This document shows positions 60,409 through 64,000 of a stretch of 64,000 nucleotides of DNA, piece after piece. The first letter of the stretch is position 1. Each line of letters starts with the position of its first letter. The notes under the pieces are model-generated. The model had not been told where the DNA came from, made no database searches, and saw only the letters and a program-made list of their open reading frames with translations. The translations under genes were made by a program, and so were the position numbers. The stretch comes from Polyangiales bacterium (lineage in GTDB: Bacteria; Myxococcota_A; Polyangia; Polyangiales; Ga0077539). The DNA lies in the NCBI GenBank assembly GCA_044229975.1, contig JBGARZ010000002.1, positions 544,001 to 608,000 of the forward strand. Direction: 5' to 3'.

Positions 60409-61830
60409 ATGGCTCGTCGCTCGACCTTTCTCCTCGTCCTCTCCCTCGTGGCGCCCGCGTGCGCCTCCACCGCCAACGCCCAGAACGCCACCCTCGTCAC
60501 CCGCACCGGCACCCTCGCCAACCACACCGCCGTCGCGGGCAGCACCGTGGAGTGGTTTCAGGGCGCGCCCGTGCGCTCGCGCGTCGTCGTCGGCGCCGAC
60601 GGTGAGACCTACGTCGGCCTCTGGATCGACGCGCCCACCGTCCAGACCGGGGCTCAGCGACTGCCGCTCGACGTCGCCCTCGTCGTCGACACGTCGGGCT
60701 CCATGAGCGGCGCGAAGATCAACTCGGCTCGCCTCGCGGCCGCGAGCTTCATCGACAACCTCGCCCAGGGCGACATCGTCTCGCTCTACTCGTTCTCCGA
60801 TGGCGTGCAGGAGCTCTCGCCTCCGGTGGTCGTCGACGACGCCACCCGCGCCGCGCTCCTCGCCCGCGTGCAGCGACTCTATGCGAGCGGCGGAACCAAC
60901 CTCTGGGGCGGCCTCCAGGCAGGTCAGGCCGCGACCGCGATGGCCCCTGCCTCGCACCCCGTGCGCCGTGTGGTGGTCATCTCCGACGGTCGCGCCAACG
61001 TTGGCCCGTCGTCGGCTGGTGAGTTCGGTGATCTCGCCGCGGGCTCCACGGAAAACGGCACCCAGATCACGGCCATCGGCGTCGGCCTCGACTACGACGA
61101 GAACACCCTCGGCGCCCTCGCCGTGCGCAGCGCCGGGCGCCTCTACCACCTCGAACAGCCCGAGCAGATGGCGATCATCCTCCAGGACGAGCTCCAGATG
61201 CTGTCGCGCACCGTCGCCACCAACGCGGTGATCGAGTTTGTCCCCGCCGAGGGCGTGGTGGTCGAACCCACCGATCAGCTCCGCGTCGACCGCTCGGGCG
61301 TTGGCATCCGCATCCCCGTCGGCAGCCTCTACTCCGCGCAGCATCGCGAGGTGCTCCTGCGCGCGCGGGTCGCTGGCGCCAACACGGGCACCCGCGACAT
61401 CGGCAACGCCCGGCTCGTCTACCGTAGCCCCGGCGCCTCGGCCGCACCGCAGCAGTCGCGCGTGGTGCCCATCTCGCTGGAGTTCGTTCGCAGTGATGCG
61501 GACTCGGCGCCGACGGCCAACGAGCGCGTGACGGCCATGGTGACCCGCTTCGAGGCCGCGCAGTCGCAGATGCGCGCCGCGCAGGCACTCGCCGAGGGCA
61601 ACGCCGCTCGCGCCGAGGCCGAGCTCCAGCGAGCCGAGGCGAACCTCCGCACGGCCGCGAGCGTTCACTTCAGCGACGAGCGCGTGCAGGGGCAACTGTT
61701 GCAGCAGGCCCAGGGGGTCTCCGCCGGTCGCGCCGCCGTCCGCCGCGCGCAGGCCGCGCCGTCGCCCTCCACCATGCGGGGCGCTTCGCTGCAAAACCGT
61801 TCGTCCGCGATGGACGCCTACGGCTACTGA
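60409..61830 (+). CDS. VWA domain-containing exported protein
   Basis: VVDTSGSM MIDAS, GGTN, ISDGRAN, IGVGLDYDE; GGAGG SD. Confidence 0.9.
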   Translation: MARRSTFLLVLSLVAPACASTANAQNATLVTRTGTLANHTAVAGSTVEWFQGAPVRSRVVVGADGETYVGLWIDAPTVQTGAQRLPLDVALVVDTSGSMSGAKINSARLAAASFIDNLAQGDIVSLYSFSDGVQELSPPVVVDDATRAALLARVQRLYASGGTNLWGGLQAGQAATAMAPASHPVRRVVVISDGRANVGPSSAGEFGDLAAGSTENGTQITAIGVGLDYDENTLGALAVRSAGRLYHLEQPEQMAIILQDELQMLSRTVATNAVIEFVPAEGVVVEPTDQLRVDRSGVGIRIPVGSLYSAQHREVLLRARVAGANTGTRDIGNARLVYRSPGASAAPQQSRVVPISLEFVRSDADSAPTANERVTAMVTRFEAAQSQMRAAQALAEGNAARAEAELQRAEANLRTAASVHFSDERVQGQLLQQAQGVSAGRAAVRRAQAAPSPSTMRGASLQNRSSAMDAYGY

Positions 61831-61912
61831 GCGCTGACGCGGCGCGGTCGGTGCGAGGGCGTTCGGGCGAGGAGTTCCCTCGCGGTCCGCGTCGTGCCAC
61901 GCTCGGACGCCC

Positions 61913-63322
61913 ATGGGAGTCGCGAGGCAAGTAGTGGGGCTCCTTGCGATGACCGCGGCGCTGGTCGGCGGGTGCGCGGTCGGCAGCGACACCGGAGACA
62001 GCCCGCCCGACTCCGGCGCCGAAGAGGCCGCCGTCGAGTGGGACGCGAAGGATGAGCCCGTCGAACCAGAGGACGCGGGGATCGATGTGCCCAAGCCCAT
62101 CGACGTGCTCACCATCGACGACCGCGGCTTCGACGCGAGCGCGGATGGCGGCGGTCAGGGCGTCGACGTGCAGCCCGATGCAGTGTTCATCGACAGGCCG
62201 ATGGACATCCCCACCGACGCTGGTTTCGATGCGGGCTTCGACGTCAGGGAGGCCGCGGTCGACAGCGGCACCACCACCACCGATGCAGGTGGGCGACAGT
62301 GCCCCACCGGGATGTTCGTCACCGGGATCGCTACGGGCGGCGCGCTCGTCTGCTCCGACCTCGCCGATGCTGTACGGCGCTACGTCGATGGGAGCTGCCG
62401 GGTGCACCTCGGATGGCAGGACTCATGTAACGGCTGCTCGGGTCCTCCGACGAAGTGGGGATCGGTCGGCGCGTCGACGTGCGCGATCGGACGCGGGGCC
62501 GACAACTCGTGCATCGCCGCGCCGGCTGGCGCTGCGCCGGTGCAGCTCCTTGGCGTGAACCCCGACGGCGACCTCGACGACAACGACGTCCTCTACGCGG
62601 GCATCACGTGCTCGGCGCCCGCGGTCCCGGCGCGCTCCGGTGGTTGCCCGGCGGGGCAGTTTGCGACCGGCTTCGACGCGTCGGGACAGCCGCTCTGTGC
62701 CGCGCCCGACCCGGCCGCGCGCACCGCGATCGGGCGCGACTGCTTCCTCTACGGCGGCTGGAGGGACGAGTGCCCCGCGTGCACCGTCACGCCGCCCACC
62801 AAGTGGGACCGCGTGAACGACACGCGCTGCGACAACCTCGTGGGCCCCAACGGCGACACCTGCACGCTGCCATCACTCGGCGGCACCACGGTTCGCATGC
62901 TCGGGCTCGACTTCGACGGCGACGTGAACAACGACGACCAGATCTACATGGGCCTGCGCTGCGAGGCGTCGGGCGGCACGCAAGGGAGCGGCGCCGTCAC
63001 TGGCTGCCAGCGCGATGAAGCGGCCTATGGGATCGGTAGCAACGGCGCGCTGCTCTGCGCGCCCGTCGCTCCGGCGGTGCACACATACTTCGCGTCGAGC
63101 TGCTACCTGTACCTCGGCTGGCAGGACTCGTGCGGCGGCTGCACCCGGCCGCCGGTGAAGTGGGGGCGCGTGAGCCCGACGATGTGCTCCAACGGAGCGG
63201 GCGCCAACAACACCTGCACGACGCAGACGCTCGGGGGCACGTCGCTGCCGATGTTCGGCCTGAACTTCGACGGCGACGTCGATGACAACGACCTGCTCAA
63301 CCTCGGGATGCACTGTTTCTGA
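61913..63322 (+). CDS. Cys-rich lipoprotein with three tandem repeats of about 115 aa
   Basis: Lipobox VGGC; 3 x GW(Q/R)D.C..C...P.KW...DGD..(D/N).D. Confidence 0.8.
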   Translation: MGVARQVVGLLAMTAALVGGCAVGSDTGDSPPDSGAEEAAVEWDAKDEPVEPEDAGIDVPKPIDVLTIDDRGFDASADGGGQGVDVQPDAVFIDRPMDIPTDAGFDAGFDVREAAVDSGTTTTDAGGRQCPTGMFVTGIATGGALVCSDLADAVRRYVDGSCRVHLGWQDSCNGCSGPPTKWGSVGASTCAIGRGADNSCIAAPAGAAPVQLLGVNPDGDLDDNDVLYAGITCSAPAVPARSGGCPAGQFATGFDASGQPLCAAPDPAARTAIGRDCFLYGGWRDECPACTVTPPTKWDRVNDTRCDNLVGPNGDTCTLPSLGGTTVRMLGLDFDGDVNNDDQIYMGLRCEASGGTQGSGAVTGCQRDEAAYGIGSNGALLCAPVAPAVHTYFASSCYLYLGWQDSCGGCTRPPVKWGRVSPTMCSNGAGANNTCTTQTLGGTSLPMFGLNFDGDVDDNDLLNLGMHCF

Positions 63323-63396
63323 CCATCGACTGCGAGGCGCGTCGAATCAGCCGCTCACCGCGGATCGCATCATCGTCGTTCGGGTACCCTGGGCGC

Positions 63397-64000
63397 GTGG
63401 GTCCCGCTGCCTCCGCACGACGGCTGATGCTCGCCTTCGCCCTCGCGGTGATCGGGTGCGTACGCGACGACTGGACGACGGTGTCGCGTCGAGACGCGGG
63501 CTCGGACACCGTCACGAGCGCGACGCTCGACGTGCCGCCCGACGAAACAGGGAGCGGCTGCCGCTGCTGTCGAGGAGCATCGAGTTGCGGCGGCGCGTGT
63601 GTCGACGCCCTCGCACACCTGTACCGCGGCGAGGGCGACGCGTTCGATAGCGTCGGGTCAGAGCACGCGACGCGGAGCAACGCGGGCTTCGCGAGCGGTC
63701 ACGACGGGCAGGCGTTCACCTTCGGAGGTGGTTTCGCGCGGCCGCTGCAGTACGTGACCCTCCCGCCCGGGGTGCTCGACTTCGACGACGGAGATTTCAC
63801 GGTCTCGCTGTGGTTCAAGTCGACGCTCCACGGCGACCTGATCTCGAAGCGCGCCGCATGCTGGGGTGGTCTCCCGTTTACCGGGTTGGACCTCCGACTC
63901 GATAGCGCGGGTGAGGTCTTGATCGACGCCTGGACCCAGACCCACCGGTTCGAGCACCGCACCATGGCCGGGCTCAACGACGGGGTCTGGCACCACGTCG
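63397..64000 (+). CDS. LamG-like jellyroll lipoprotein (partial, runs off the right edge)
   Basis: Manual translation: lipobox VIGC, YRGEGDAFDSVG, GQAFTF, DFTVSLWFK, LNDGVWHHV; absent from the ORF track because it has no stop in the window. Confidence 0.8.
   Translation, partial: MGPAASARRLMLAFALAVIGCVRDDWTTVSRRDAGSDTVTSATLDVPPDETGSGCRCCRGASSCGGACVDALAHLYRGEGDAFDSVGSEHATRSNAGFASGHDGQAFTFGGGFARPLQYVTLPPGVLDFDDGDFTVSLWFKSTLHGDLISKRAACWGGLPFTGLDLRLDSAGEVLIDAWTQTHRFEHRTMAGLNDGVWHHV

Overview
Very GC-rich bacterial DNA, most likely Myxococcota (Polyangiales-like). This is inferred from MYXO-CTERM sorting tails, Cys-rich lipoproteins with D-A/S/T-G linkers, a Ser/Thr kinase-AAA fusion and a mevalonate-pathway HMG-CoA reductase. 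The window holds about 52 densely packed CDS. I saw no rRNA, tRNA, CRISPR array, transposase or integrase. Recognisable genes are rimI, glpK, menA, menG/ubiE, class II HMG-CoA reductase, DAHP synthase, a polyprenyl synthase, queG, valS, an M16 peptidase pair and a biotin carboxylase. The most notable items are: (1) a tightly coupled 7-gene uncharacterised operon (30038-36629) combining a CrtC/tocopherol-cyclase-like protein, an SCP2-like lipid carrier, an enlarged flavin oxidoreductase with a possible OmpA-like insertion and four unknown proteins; (2) a GbsR-family-led menaquinone supply operon with a clear palindromic operator next to its promoter; (3) tandem 1218-aa S8/FG-GAP/MYXO-CTERM protease paralogues with atypical active-site motifs and a near-identical internal tract; (4) a degenerate 21/42-nt repeat array upstream of an orphan gene; (5) a pseudo-histidine kinase, a TruB variant with an RLD motif, and repeated signs of leaderless transcription. 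All family calls come from motif recognition by eye, not database searches. Many start codons were trimmed by hand from the ORF track.
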